Shown: positions 33,732 through 45,750, counted from the first letter of the stretch. The stretch: 58,517 nucleotides of DNA from Pachysolen tannophilus NRRL Y-2460 (GCA_001661245.1 KV454012.1:1411952-1470468); one strand, 5' to 3'. Program-made: numbers and translations. Notes: generated from the sequence alone by a model not told the origin.

Positions 33732-36434
33732 ATGGATTCGACGCAGTTTACTGATAACGCATTGGAAATTATTACCAATGCTAAAAAATTAGCAGAGGAT
33801 TTCCAACATCCTCAAATCAATCCAGTGCATATACTTGCTGCTATGACACCAACTGATAATTCTCCAAATGTTTATTTAAAAACATTGATTGAAAGAGGTA
33901 GGTTTGATTGGACCAAGTTCGAAAGAAATGTTAATAGTCACTTGGTTAGGATAGCGGCACAAAATCCACCGCCAATTGATGTTCAGCCAAGTGCTGCGTT
34001 TGCTAAAGTATTACAACAAGCAAATAAGATTAAAGCACAACAAAAAGATAGTTTTATAGGACAGGATCATCTTTTATTGGCTTTACTTGAAGATTCAACT
34101 GTTGAAAGAATTGTAAAAGATTCAGGAATAACCATTGAAGCTTTAAAAACTCAAGTTACGGAATTAAGAGGAAATCAAAGAATTGATTCAAGGCAAGCTG
34201 ATTCTTCTTCAAAATATGAGTTCTTAAATAAATATGCAGCTGATTTAACACAACAGGCAATAGAAGGTAAAATTGATCCAGTGATTGGTAGAGAGGAAGA
34301 AATTCGTCGTACTATAAGAATTTTAGCAAGAAAGAAGAAGAGTAATGCCTGCTTAGTAGGTGATCCTGGTGTTGGTAAAACTTCGATCGTTGAAGGTGTT
34401 GCTCAAAGAATCATAGATAATGATGTCCCAACAATTTTACAAGGCTGTAAATTATATGCCTTGGATTTAGGTGCGTTAAAAGCAGGTGCTAAATATCAAG
34501 GTGAATTTGAAGAAAGAATTAAAGGTGTCTTGAATGATATTAAAGAATCAAAACAGCTTATCATCTTATTTATTGATGAAATTCATATGTTAATGGGTGA
34601 TGGTAAGAGTGATGCTGCAAACTTATTAAAACCAATGTTGGCTTCTGGTGAATTGACAGTTATTGGTGCAACTACAGCTGAAGAGTACCGTAAATATATA
34701 GAAAAAGATGGTGCTTTTGAAAGAAGATTCCAAAAAGTTGAAGTTAAAGAGCCAAGTATCAGAGAAACAGTTACTATTTTAAGAGGTTTACAACCAAAAT
34801 ATGAAATTCATCACGGTGTTAGAATATTGGACTCTGCATTGGTTGCTGCTGCACAATTAGCTTCAAGATATTTAACTTATAGAAAGCTTCCAGATAGTGC
34901 TGTCGATTTAATTGATGAAGCTGCAGCCACTGTGGCAGTTGCAAGAGATTCGAAACCTGAAGAATTGGATACAAAGGAAAGAGCATTGCAATTACTTGAG
35001 GTAGAGATTAAAGCTTTAGAAAGAGATCAAGATGCTGATGCATCTACAAAAGAAAGATTAGATCATGCTAAGCATCAATTACAATCATTGCAAGAAGAAT
35101 TACAGCCTTTGAGAGAAAAATACAAGAGTGAAAGAGAAGGTCACGAAGAATTGACCTTAGCTAAGAGAAAATTAGATGAATTGGAAGTTAAAGCCCAAGA
35201 TGCCGAGAGAAGGCACGATACTGCTACTGCAGCTGATTTAAGATATTATGCTATTCCAGGTATTAAAGAGAGAATAGCAAAATTAGAAGAGAAAGTTGCA
35301 GAGGAAGAAGAGAATCTTGGTGATGACTCCTTGATGGTTAAGAACGTTGTTGATGCGGAGATTGTTGCTGAGACAGCAGCAAGATTAACCGGTATTCCAG
35401 TTTCTAAATTGACTCAAGCAGAAAATGCTAAATTAATTAATATGGAAAAAGAATTGTCGGCTTCTGTTGTTGGTCAAGGTGAAGCAGTTAAAGCTGTTTC
35501 AAACGCTATAAGATTGACGAGATCTGGTTTAGCTAATCCAAACCAACCGGCTTCATTTTTATTCTTAGGTTTATCTGGTTCAGGTAAGACTGAATTAGCT
35601 AAGAAATTAGCTGGATTTTTATTTTCAGACGAGAAAGCAATGATCAGAATTGATTGTTCAGAATTAACTGAGAAATATACTGTTTCTAAATTGTTGGGTT
35701 CAACTTCTGGTTATGTTGGTTATGAAGAAGGTGGTATGTTAACAAATCAATTATTACGTCATCCATACTCTGTTGTATTATTTGATGAAGTTGAAAAAGC
35801 TGCTCCAGAAGTATTGAATGTCTTATTGCAGATGTTGGATGATGGTCGTATCACTGCAGCTAACGGTAAGTTAGTCAATTGTTCCAACTGTATTGTTATT
35901 TTAACTTCAAACTTGGGTGCTGAGTATATTAATGCTGCTAAGGGTTCAAAGATTACTCCAGAAACCAAAGAATTTGTTATGTCTTCTGTAAGATCACATT
36001 TCAGACCAGAATTTTTGAACCGTATCAGTGCAACGGTTATTTTCAACAGATTGTCTAGAAAGGCAATCACTAAGATTGTCAGGTTACGTCTTAAAGAGAT
36101 CCAAGATAGATTTGAAGCTAATGGTAAGTCAATCAAATTAGATGTTAGTGATGAAGCAGTTGAATATTTGTGCAAGAATGGTTACTCTTCCGATTTGGGT
36201 GCTAGACCATTAAACAGATTAATTCAAAATGAAGTATTAAACCATTTGGCAGTAATGGTATTGAAAGGTCAAATCAAAGATAAAGAAACTGCTAAGATTA
36301 CATTAGGTGAGAAAGGATTAGTCGTTCATCCAAACCATGAAGTTGGTGATGACATGGATGTCGATGTAGAGGATTGGACAGATGCTGCTGATAGTGATGA
36401 CAGTGGAATCCCATCCGCTGAAGAAATAGACTAA
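33732..36434 (+). CDS. HSP104: Hsp104/ClpB disaggregase
   Basis: Two AAA+ domains: GDPGVGKT/LFIDEIH and GLSGSGKT/LFDEVEKA; GKIDPVIGREEEIRR; coiled-coil middle domain; GARPL; upstream HSE. Confidence 0.98.
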   Translation: MDSTQFTDNALEIITNAKKLAEDFQHPQINPVHILAAMTPTDNSPNVYLKTLIERGRFDWTKFERNVNSHLVRIAAQNPPPIDVQPSAAFAKVLQQANKIKAQQKDSFIGQDHLLLALLEDSTVERIVKDSGITIEALKTQVTELRGNQRIDSRQADSSSKYEFLNKYAADLTQQAIEGKIDPVIGREEEIRRTIRILARKKKSNACLVGDPGVGKTSIVEGVAQRIIDNDVPTILQGCKLYALDLGALKAGAKYQGEFEERIKGVLNDIKESKQLIILFIDEIHMLMGDGKSDAANLLKPMLASGELTVIGATTAEEYRKYIEKDGAFERRFQKVEVKEPSIRETVTILRGLQPKYEIHHGVRILDSALVAAAQLASRYLTYRKLPDSAVDLIDEAAATVAVARDSKPEELDTKERALQLLEVEIKALERDQDADASTKERLDHAKHQLQSLQEELQPLREKYKSEREGHEELTLAKRKLDELEVKAQDAERRHDTATAADLRYYAIPGIKERIAKLEEKVAEEEENLGDDSLMVKNVVDAEIVAETAARLTGIPVSKLTQAENAKLINMEKELSASVVGQGEAVKAVSNAIRLTRSGLANPNQPASFLFLGLSGSGKTELAKKLAGFLFSDEKAMIRIDCSELTEKYTVSKLLGSTSGYVGYEEGGMLTNQLLRHPYSVVLFDEVEKAAPEVLNVLLQMLDDGRITAANGKLVNCSNCIVILTSNLGAEYINAAKGSKITPETKEFVMSSVRSHFRPEFLNRISATVIFNRLSRKAITKIVRLRLKEIQDRFEANGKSIKLDVSDEAVEYLCKNGYSSDLGARPLNRLIQNEVLNHLAVMVLKGQIKDKETAKITLGEKGLVVHPNHEVGDDMDVDVEDWTDAADSDDSGIPSAEEID

Positions 36435-37038
36435 ATTTAAATCGCTTTTCTTTTTAATTTTTAATTTTTAATTTTTCATTTCTTCAAGTTTACGTTATAG
36501 GTTTTTAGATTTTTTTTTTTAATTCAATTAATTATATAATAAATACATTTTGTAACATAAATGTCGGCATCGTAGGTACTGCTTTAGCAGACACAGTTTT
36601 AGACCAACTGCAGTGACCCAAAAATGAGATTTTCGGTCACTTTATGACCCTTTCCCAATTTGGAATTTTGTGTTTTTTGTGACTACTTTTGTATGCTAAA
36701 GGTTTATTTTAAAAAGGCTGAATTGTATATTGTAATAATAGTAATTCAGTCAAATTAGATTAATTCAATTAAATTTGATTATAGAAATAATTTCAATATA
36801 GATTATAGATTTCAGAGCTTTGATTGGCATAATTTATAAATTGGAGTGTGATATTCGGGGGGAAAACCATAAAAAAAGAAGGAAAAGAAAAGGGGGAAAA
36901 AAATAAAAAAATAAGAAAATAAAAGAAAAGAAAAGAGACAAAGAGATTGATTGATAATTGGATTTTCTTAGCTTTAGGCAGATTTGATCCCACTATTTTT
37001 ATTTTTAAAGTGTTCAGCTCAATATTTCAATTGTAAGA

Positions 37039-39966
37039 ATGTCGTTTTTGGGGAATTTGAAAGATAAGGTGTCTCAGGCTATTTTGGAGAAATCTTCTGC
37101 TAATTCCAAGAAGTTGACGAAAGATGAGTCTTTTAGATTAGAATATAATTTACCAGATACAGAGACAATAATAGATGAAAGTGCAGCAGAAATATCAATT
37201 GTATCACCATATACATCGAAAAATTCCATATCTGATAATACGTTACCATTTTTTTCTGGAAAGATATATTTAACACAAAGATTCCTTGTATTCCGAGATG
37301 TATATGATAAGAGAACATGTTCATTTGTGTTGCATATTTCCTCAATTAAAAAAGTTGAAAGAGTGCCTTCAAATTCATATATTTTTGCCTTATCTATAAC
37401 TGCATATTCAGGATTACAATATATAATTCAATACGTTGGTATTAGATCGAGATCTGAACAGTTCTCTCATAAATTTAAGATAATGTTAAAGGAAAATTTA
37501 CCAAATGTAAAACATTTAAGACCTTTTTTGGAAACATGTTATTCAGAATACTTATTATCTAAAAATCATTGCAATGTTGAAGAATTTCAAAATCAACCAC
37601 TGGGTGGTCTAGGATTGAAATTTAAATTTCCAGGAGATGCAAGAAAACTCAAAGATAAATCCAAGATGAGATTATGGTTCGAATACTTTAAAGCACATGG
37701 ACGTAACATAACTTTAAGCCGTGATCAAATGTTTTACAAATTGATAAGAGTAGGTTTACCAAATAGGCTTAGAGGAGAAATTTGGGAATTATGTTGTGGC
37801 TCAATGTATTTGAGATTAGACAACAAGGATGAATATAGTTCAATTTTGAAATTAAATGAAGGTAAACACTCCTTAGCAATTGATGAAATTGAAAAAGATT
37901 TGAATAGATCATTACCTGAATTTCCAGCATATCAAACTGAAGAAGGAATAAACAGATTACGTAGAGTGTTAACTGCTTATTCGTGGAAAAATACAGAAGT
38001 TGGTTATTGTCAAGCAATGAATATCGTTGTGGCGGCATTATTAATTTATATGTCTGAAGAACAAGCATTTTGGTGTTTAAGTATTATCTGTGATAGATTA
38101 GTTCCTGGTTATTACTCAAAAACAATGTATGGTACTTTATTGGATCAAAAAGTGTATGAGTCTTTAGTTCAAAAGACAATGCCCCTTTTGTGGGAACACA
38201 TTACCAAAAATGATATACAATTATCAGTTGTATCCTTACCTTGGTTCTTATCGTTATTTTTAAGTTCAATGCCATTGGTATTTGCTTTCAGAATTGTTGA
38301 TGTTTTCTTTTTAAATGGACCAAAGACTTTGTTTCAGGTGGCATTGGCTATCCTAAGAATAAATGGGGAAGAATTGTTGAGAACAGAGGATGATGGAACT
38401 TTTATTTCAATTTTGAAAGATTATTTTTCTACGCTTGATGATTCAGCCCACCCAAACTCTCCAAATGAACATTATAGATCAATTACAAAATTCCAAGAAC
38501 TATTGGTAGTCTCTTTCAAAGAATTTGCTATTGTAACAGATGAAATGGTTGAAAATTTTAGAGCCAGAAATAAAAATGAAGTTTTTCAAGGAATTGAAAA
38601 TTTTATCAAGAGAACTCAACTACGTAATTTTCCTAGAACACGCAACTTGACACCTGAAAATTTGTCCAATATTTATGATAGATTTTATCAAATAGTTCAA
38701 TCCAGTGATGTTAAGATGGGTGGTGGTACTTCTTTGATGGACTTTGAGTTATATAAAGTATTCATGTCCGAAATAACTGATTGGGTAAACTTGAATAATC
38801 AATATGAGGATAAAAATCAAGATGCATTCTTGAAAAGATTGTTCAACAATTGGGATGTAGAAAAGAGGAATGCTCTAACTTTAGAAAATATTGTTGTTGG
38901 CTTGAACAAATTGGTTGAAATTGATCTAATGGAAGGCTTATCCAACTTTTTTGAACTATATGATGTTGATGGTAATGGAAAAGTCAATAAAGAAGGTATG
39001 TTATTAATTTCTGAAGATCTTTTATACTTGACGACACCATGGAGAGATGGTTTTAAGTTGGATTCCATTACGAACAAGGCAATAGAGTCTGCTATTGCAG
39101 ATGAAATCATCAAACAGCAACAACTAGCGGAAAAGATCAATAAAGAACGTGAAGATAATGCAAACGGAAATTCTAGCTCGAACGAGAATCTACCTGAAAT
39201 CAAAATCCCAACTGAAATTGATATCGACAGAGAAAAATTAGAACGCCAGCAATCAGAAAGATATCTTTCAGCAGCAAGTATGTTTATTCAAAGATCATTT
39301 GAATATGCCCAACCTGAGGAAAACCCAGAAGTGCCATTAATTGATTTAGATGATAATGGAGATGAAGCTGACAGGATGACTAAATTAATGGCAAATGCGG
39401 CACTAGATCCTACACATCCAAAATATTTGAACTTGCCGACTTTCAGAATGGTTATTTTGGCTGATGAAACTTATGAACTATTTTTCTCTGAAACTTTCCG
39501 TGATTCCTTCCATATTGATAGCAAGATCAATAGCTTGAATAAGAATTCTCGTAATTTACGTGACATGTTCGATGGATTATTAGCCGATGGAAGACGTGTA
39601 GCAAATGAGGTTCGTCGTCGTATGGATACTCAATCAGCATCTTCAGCAGCTTCAGTTTCATCTAGAGTTCAACAGAATGACAACACGTCTATTAAATCGA
39701 GAAGTCATACAATTTCTTCATTCAATGATGAAGAGGATGATGATTTCAGAGGTACGCCATTAGAAGAAGACCTTTTGGACAATGCTGAAGCTCAAGTTCT
39801 AAGTGAAATTGTTCCATCAGAAGGGAGAGATAAATTGGAACTAGCTAACAATTCCATTGTTGATCATGATGTGAAGATTTTGGAAAGTTTCAGTAATGAG
39901 AATAAAAATAGTACGACGACTAATGGAAAGAAAAATGATCCTGCTATAATAGAATTCGAGACATGA
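37039..39966 (+). CDS. MDR1: Rab/Ypt GTPase-activating protein (GRAM + TBC + EF-hand), Mdr1/Gyp2
   Basis: TBC motifs GLPNRLRGEIW, EIEKDLNRSLPE, GYCQAMN; EF-hand YDVDGNGKVNKE. Symbol is in the S. cerevisiae sense, not the C. albicans drug pump. Confidence 0.92.
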   Translation: MSFLGNLKDKVSQAILEKSSANSKKLTKDESFRLEYNLPDTETIIDESAAEISIVSPYTSKNSISDNTLPFFSGKIYLTQRFLVFRDVYDKRTCSFVLHISSIKKVERVPSNSYIFALSITAYSGLQYIIQYVGIRSRSEQFSHKFKIMLKENLPNVKHLRPFLETCYSEYLLSKNHCNVEEFQNQPLGGLGLKFKFPGDARKLKDKSKMRLWFEYFKAHGRNITLSRDQMFYKLIRVGLPNRLRGEIWELCCGSMYLRLDNKDEYSSILKLNEGKHSLAIDEIEKDLNRSLPEFPAYQTEEGINRLRRVLTAYSWKNTEVGYCQAMNIVVAALLIYMSEEQAFWCLSIICDRLVPGYYSKTMYGTLLDQKVYESLVQKTMPLLWEHITKNDIQLSVVSLPWFLSLFLSSMPLVFAFRIVDVFFLNGPKTLFQVALAILRINGEELLRTEDDGTFISILKDYFSTLDDSAHPNSPNEHYRSITKFQELLVVSFKEFAIVTDEMVENFRARNKNEVFQGIENFIKRTQLRNFPRTRNLTPENLSNIYDRFYQIVQSSDVKMGGGTSLMDFELYKVFMSEITDWVNLNNQYEDKNQDAFLKRLFNNWDVEKRNALTLENIVVGLNKLVEIDLMEGLSNFFELYDVDGNGKVNKEGMLLISEDLLYLTTPWRDGFKLDSITNKAIESAIADEIIKQQQLAEKINKEREDNANGNSSSNENLPEIKIPTEIDIDREKLERQQSERYLSAASMFIQRSFEYAQPEENPEVPLIDLDDNGDEADRMTKLMANAALDPTHPKYLNLPTFRMVILADETYELFFSETFRDSFHIDSKINSLNKNSRNLRDMFDGLLADGRRVANEVRRRMDTQSASSAASVSSRVQQNDNTSIKSRSHTISSFNDEEDDDFRGTPLEEDLLDNAEAQVLSEIVPSEGRDKLELANNSIVDHDVKILESFSNENKNSTTTNGKKNDPAIIEFET

Positions 39967-40479
39967 TGATAACGATATATTAGTGAAAGACCAATTTGAA
40001 CTATAGAATTTGATTTCTTTATGATTCACATTGGCAAGTATTAGAAACGTATAAACGGCTTTCTAAATATTATATTATATTTTATTTTATTTTATTTTAT
40101 TTTTATTTTTTTTTTTTTTTTTTTTTTTTTTTCTATTTCTCTTTTCTCTTTGGATGTTATATACTCGAGCATATAAATCAGTAAACACAAATGATAACTT
40201 GTATATATCGTTCGTGTAATAAGATTAATAGGATAATAATGACTGTTATATACGCAAATTCCATTTTAAGCAGGAGAAAAGTGATTATTATTATATCAAA
40301 ACTAAATATGTATGAAATCTAAAGTAGCTTAAAAAGAAAGCAATTAAAATAAGAAAGCTTTATATATAAATACACTGGAATAAAAGTAATTGCTCAAAAT
40401 ATACTCTAGAAAAAAAAATCATTGATAAACCTCTCTTATCAAAAATAGTGCACTCCAAAAACATGCAAATACTCCATTT

Positions 40480-43440
40480 TTATGGTTTATTCTTTTTTCC
40501 AAATAGTTTTTTCAATTTACTAAATTTTTTCTTTTTATCTGGAATAGCTTCACTAGCTCCATCTCTATATTGGGCTCCAGAGAAGCCTTGATCCCTCTCC
40601 TGAATAAGTGGCATCACATTTTCTGGCGACTCAGAAACAACGGGATTGGTACCAGTTCTTTGTTTCGTAGGACTAACATCTTTGGCGAAATTATTTCTCT
40701 CCCTGAAGTTTGAAGTCGACTTTGCCAAATTAGTTCTCAAATTAGGTGATGTGGTTATTTCATCCTCAGAGTCCGAATCAGCAAATCTTGATTTAAATCC
40801 CAGATTTATATGCTGACGAGAGCTTCCGTAACCTTTAACGTCATTAACACCATTTACATATTGTTGCTGCTGTGGTTGCTGCTCTTCAAAAGTACCCACT
40901 CTCAAAGTCATGTACTTCAAATAATCTTCATGATCGCCTTGTTGCTCTGGGATTTGTTTCTCAAAGCTGGATTTTCTGACAAGCGGAGGCAAATTAGCAG
41001 CCAATTCCAGCTGGGATTGTCTTGGTTTATTATTCAGCTGAGCGAACAAAGCATCGGCACGAAGCTTTGCTTCCGATTTAGGTAAAACAAATTTACCAGG
41101 TGATACCTGTTTTGGCATCGAGATCGCTATCGATGAAGGCCTAGTTGAAGATTGCAGTGAGTGTAATTGTTGGGGTTGTTTAGATCTAAATTCTGACTGT
41201 GGTCTCAATGACAATCTGTAATTATTATTTGCTGGACTGCGATGCTGCAGTTGAACGTTCGATGTCACAGCCAGGGTCTTATTTGCCGCACTATTAGACC
41301 TTGATCTTTGTTTAGAGATTGCTTTGGAAGGTGTATACAGCAGTGGTGTCGCCTTTGGAAACTGTTCCTGAGGTGGAGCAGTTAATTTTGAATTTAATCT
41401 GGTATTTTCAGCTGTTGTCAAAGAAATATAAGCACTTGAGGCTGCCGAATCTTCTGAAGGCGAAAACTCACCAGTTGCAACATTTTTCTTTCTGGACGAT
41501 GACTTTAAAGCCGACTTCTTTCTAGTTAACGCAGCTCCGGCTTTTTCGCTTGGCGCTGACGGAATCACCGGTGGATTTGATAATCTTCTTTCTGACCTTG
41601 GAGGTATATTTAACGAATCATTTTGAATATTATCTTTTATCTCAGAAGTATCACTAGGTTTCAAGGAGGGTATCAGTGAACGAAGCAGTTTTGCCATGGT
41701 CATCTCATTATTAGGTTCAGAAGATAGACCTGAATTTTTGTTTTCATCCTCTTCATCAGGAACAGAAATTGAGGTCGTTGTAAAATTTATATTTTTACTA
41801 TCTTGATCTTCTCTTTCTGTTTCTTCTTCAACTTCTGTGATCTCAGAAGCAATTTCTGCATTGTAAATATCTGAAGCAGCAGAATTCAACCCAGATTTTG
41901 ATGAATCATTCGTATTTGTTATATCAGAAGAATCATTTGTATCTGGTGCTTTACCAACGTCAGAGTTCTCGACGATGGGTTTACTTTCAGAAGGTAAATT
42001 AGATAAAATTTGATTGGGATACTGATCTTCCAAGTTCAGTTCTGGTAATGAACCATTCGACTTGATATTATTGGAAGTTAGCTCTTCCGTACTTAAAGAC
42101 TTGTCATTGCTTTGAAAGTTCTCATCATCTTTTGATTTTGAAAATTTGTCATTTTTTTCCTCTTCTTTTTCTTTTGCTAAATGTTCAGCTTTTTCAGTCT
42201 CTAATAGCTGCTGTCTAGCAACTTCTTCTTCGTATTCTTTTTTCAAACGTTCTTTTTCAGCAGCTTCTAATTCAGTTCTTTCTTTCTCCATTTTTTCTTG
42301 AACTAGTCTTTCCTCTTCTAATTTATTCAAATATTCTTGTTCTAATAATTCTCTTTCACCTTCTAATCTTTGTTTATCAAGTTCAATTTTCTCCAATTCT
42401 CCATTTTGATCTTTAGTTGTTTCTTCTGTAATAGGGCGGTAATATTTTTGATCGCTTTTTAATTGTCTTCGTATAGATGGAGTCCTCGATATCTTTGTAG
42501 GATTTGGATTTCCAATATGAATCAGACTCTTAGTATTTGGAGTTACATAACCACTTCTAAAAGATGACTTTCTAGAAAAACTTGTTAATGAATTAGTTCT
42601 GCTTCCATTAGTAGATTTCAGTTCATTTATTGGAACATCGACTGCAACTAATCCATGCACTGAAGGAACATATTTTCTAACAGTTTTCGGAGTTTGTTGC
42701 AGAAAAGATGGGGACGAAGAAGTAGAACCCATATTATTTTTTTGAACTCTTGAACCATATTGCAGTTGACCTATTCTTTTCATCTTGGATGAATTCTCAG
42801 AAGACGTATCTGAAAATGAAACTTTATTTTTAGAGGACAATTTAGGAGTAAACAGAGTCTTTTGCTCTTGATTAGTAGAGATTGAAGTCTTTTCATTCAG
42901 CTTTTCCAGATCATCTTGCTCAAAATCAAACTCGTTAATTTTTTCTAAATCAGTATTTGTATTCGTATTTGCAACTGGTTGTTTTAAACCATTTTCATGT
43001 TGACTATTTAACTGTTTTAATGATTGAGGAGTTAATGAATGTTGTTGTTGAGAAACAAGAGACCTACTTCTTGTGGAACCATCATCTGTACCACCATTTG
43101 TCACTGCAACCGGAGATGATCCATTATATTGAAGACTACTTGAACGAGAAGAACTGCGTTGTTGTTGATAATGTTGAATCATTGGTGATAAGCGCCCATT
43201 ATTATTAGTTAATGAACCTCTTAAACTATTTGCCCTTCTTGTAAAACTATCAGTTCTTTGAGAGGTTGGTGGAACAGATAAATTGGAAGCCGAACCATTA
43301 TTTTTCCGTAAAGCGGCACCAATTGCCGAAGCAGCAGCATAAGCGCCAGCGCTAGCTCTATTTGTTCCTGGTTGTATACCGTTCACTCCAGTATAAGAAG
43401 CGTCAGAAACATTACGGCGGCTTTTTGATCTCGAAAACAT
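40480..43440 (-). CDS. SEG1: Eisosome scaffold Seg1/Seg2-like protein
   Basis: N-terminal AAASAIG.AL, repeated R.SL motifs, KYVPS.HGL..V.VP, central E/K coiled coil, basic C-terminus KKKFSKLKKLFGK. Confidence 0.7.
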   Translation of the reverse strand: MFSRSKSRRNVSDASYTGVNGIQPGTNRASAGAYAAASAIGAALRKNNGSASNLSVPPTSQRTDSFTRRANSLRGSLTNNNGRLSPMIQHYQQQRSSSRSSSLQYNGSSPVAVTNGGTDDGSTRSRSLVSQQQHSLTPQSLKQLNSQHENGLKQPVANTNTNTDLEKINEFDFEQDDLEKLNEKTSISTNQEQKTLFTPKLSSKNKVSFSDTSSENSSKMKRIGQLQYGSRVQKNNMGSTSSSPSFLQQTPKTVRKYVPSVHGLVAVDVPINELKSTNGSRTNSLTSFSRKSSFRSGYVTPNTKSLIHIGNPNPTKISRTPSIRRQLKSDQKYYRPITEETTKDQNGELEKIELDKQRLEGERELLEQEYLNKLEEERLVQEKMEKERTELEAAEKERLKKEYEEEVARQQLLETEKAEHLAKEKEEEKNDKFSKSKDDENFQSNDKSLSTEELTSNNIKSNGSLPELNLEDQYPNQILSNLPSESKPIVENSDVGKAPDTNDSSDITNTNDSSKSGLNSAASDIYNAEIASEITEVEEETEREDQDSKNINFTTTSISVPDEEDENKNSGLSSEPNNEMTMAKLLRSLIPSLKPSDTSEIKDNIQNDSLNIPPRSERRLSNPPVIPSAPSEKAGAALTRKKSALKSSSRKKNVATGEFSPSEDSAASSAYISLTTAENTRLNSKLTAPPQEQFPKATPLLYTPSKAISKQRSRSNSAANKTLAVTSNVQLQHRSPANNNYRLSLRPQSEFRSKQPQQLHSLQSSTRPSSIAISMPKQVSPGKFVLPKSEAKLRADALFAQLNNKPRQSQLELAANLPPLVRKSSFEKQIPEQQGDHEDYLKYMTLRVGTFEEQQPQQQQYVNGVNDVKGYGSSRQHINLGFKSRFADSDSEDEITTSPNLRTNLAKSTSNFRERNNFAKDVSPTKQRTGTNPVVSESPENVMPLIQERDQGFSGAQYRDGASEAIPDKKKKFSKLKKLFGKKNKP

Positions 43441-44297
43441 ACTAAATCTAATAAAAAAAAGCGCTGAGTAAACGTGTGCTAAAGCTCTTGAATCACCAAA
43501 AAAAGATAGATTTTAATAAAATTCCTCGATAAAGAAACTTTTAAATCAACTATCTATTATTTATTTGATTTCAAACAAAAAGTGAAAGCGAAACAGCAAA
43601 CGACAGCGCTAAAAAGACAAAGAAGAAAAAAAACAAAAGAACAAAAAGAAAAAAAACAAAAAGAAGTAAAGAAAAAAAAAAAGAAATAAAAGTAAAAAAA
43701 AATAGATTAATTCACCTAATCTCAATCAAGAAAATAAATGGTTCAAATTTATCAACTATAGATAGATCAATTGATTCAAATTTAGATACAATATAATTAC
43801 TACTACTACTATTACTACTACTTTAACCTGATTATCGGTACCTAAGTATTTTTTTTTTTTACTGATTTGACGACCATATTACAGCAAGAAAAGAAGAAGA
43901 AGGCATAAAAAAAAATCAAAATTACCGTTTTGGGAAACATAATATTTCTGGCCACGACCATTGGCTCTTTAAAATAAAAAATAAATAAATCACGTGCTAC
44001 AAAAGAAAGTAGTGTTGAGTGCTAAAAAAATATATATATAAATAAAAGAAACCAAAAATGGCAGAACTTTACCCGTGTATTATTTTTTTTTGATTTATAT
44101 ATAATACACCCCGGGGGACGGAATTTTTTATAGGCTAGCGTCCGTGGAGCTAAAGAAATGGTATAAAACTTAATTGAGAACTAATAGTTCAATAGCAAGC
44201 ATAACTAATTACCTTATTTTATAACTAGACTAAATTTTGGCTAAATAGGAAGAGAATGAGATGGATATTGAAAACCTGTTTCAGCCATTTTGTATCT

Positions 44298-44334
<37 letters not shown>

Positions 44335-44584
44335 NNNNNNNNNNNNNNNNNNNNNNNNNNNNNNNNNNNNNNNNNNNNNNNNNNNNNNNNNNNNNNNNNN
44401 NNNNNNNNNNNNNNNNNNNNNNNNNNNNNNNNNNNNNNNNNNNNNNNNNNNNNNNNNNNNNNNNNNNNNNNNNNNNNNNNNNNNNNNNNNNNNNNNNNNN
44501 NNNNNNNNNNNNNNNNNNNNNNNNNNNNNNNNNNNNNNNNNNNNNNNNNNNNNNNNNNNNNNNNNNNNNNNNNNNNNNNNNNNN
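44335..44584. other. Assembly gap (N run)
   Basis: N run flanked by poly-T/poly-A on both sides. Confidence 1.
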
Positions 44585-44625
<41 letters not shown>

Positions 44626-45750
44626 TTCTTAAAAAAAAAAAAAATTTAAAATTTCAATCTGCAAAGCAACGCAACTCAAGATGACACATATAGTTTACAG
44701 AAAGGAACAATAGAAGATAAAATTGACTTTTTTTTATTTTAAAAAAAAAAAAATTATTTTTTTCAGGTTACATAATACATGCAATCTATGTATTTATAGT
44801 GAGTCATTATGGGAAACAATAGGCGCTTCTCCCTATTAGTCCGTGGAATAGTCTTGAATAGTCAATAACGTCCCAGGTTAGATGCTGCTAGATAACTACT
44901 ATTGACTGATTGATTTATTGATTTATTGATTGATGGAGATGCTGGTGTTGGTGGCGCTCTAGCAATCATTTTGGAATCCAAAAAGAGAAAAGTATACGCG
45001 CAATTATTAGGTCGAAAACTAACTAAAAGAGTTAAAACAATATTGTTATTTTCCAAATTGAGCAAAGCATTGGGGAAAGTAAAGCAAAGATTTATTTCTA
45101 GTGCATTACATGAGTTTCAAATGGATTTAAGCTGATATATATAACTTTTTATATGGCAAAGAAACAAAAAGAAAAAAAGTTTTATATTGTATATTGTGTA
45201 GTATAATTTTACTCCCGCTTTAGTTTTTGGAGTACACGTGAGAGAAAAGTCCGGGAAATGGGAATATTGCCTTTTTTTTATTTAATTAAAAAAAAACAAA
45301 TAATTATTCTCTTTGGTTCTTCATAATCACCTCCAATCTCTTGGTCTTTTAAAAGGAAAAGAAGAAAAGATAAAATAAAAAAAAAAAGCGCTAGTTATAT
45401 TGTCTTGATTAGCGTATCTAAACCATATTTAGTTATCTGCAGGCCAAGTGTGGCTATTATGCAGCAACAAATCGGACATTATTAAGCTACGTCTGGCCAT
45501 TTTCATCAAATTCGCGGAACTCCAATCAGTAACTTTTTTATTTTTTTTTATTTTTTTGGCTTCGTCATTTTTGGCAAGTAAAACTGGATGATCGGTTTGA
45601 ATTCATTTAGTTCCATCCAAGACTCATCTGAGTGACCATCTAGCATTAAAAACATTGTTGCTAGATATGATTCATCACTATATTATGCACTAGTAATAGG
45701 CAACTAACTGGACTAGGAGTGTAAGTAGCACGTATGTAACGCAAAAGTAA

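Noticed and set aside
21368..43440. PIL1 and SEG1 (both eisosome genes) in one window
   Set aside because: They are 18 kb apart with six unrelated genes between; no evidence of a functional cluster.
44926..45135. 69-codon open frame with protein-like composition
   Set aside because: No in-frame ATG until the last codons, no recognisable family, and no clear splice acceptor with a branch point.
45441..45605. A-box/B-box-like words (GGCCAAGTGTGG, GGTTTGAATTC) suggesting a tRNA or Pol III gene
   Set aside because: Mismatch at the invariant B-box C and no cloverleaf.
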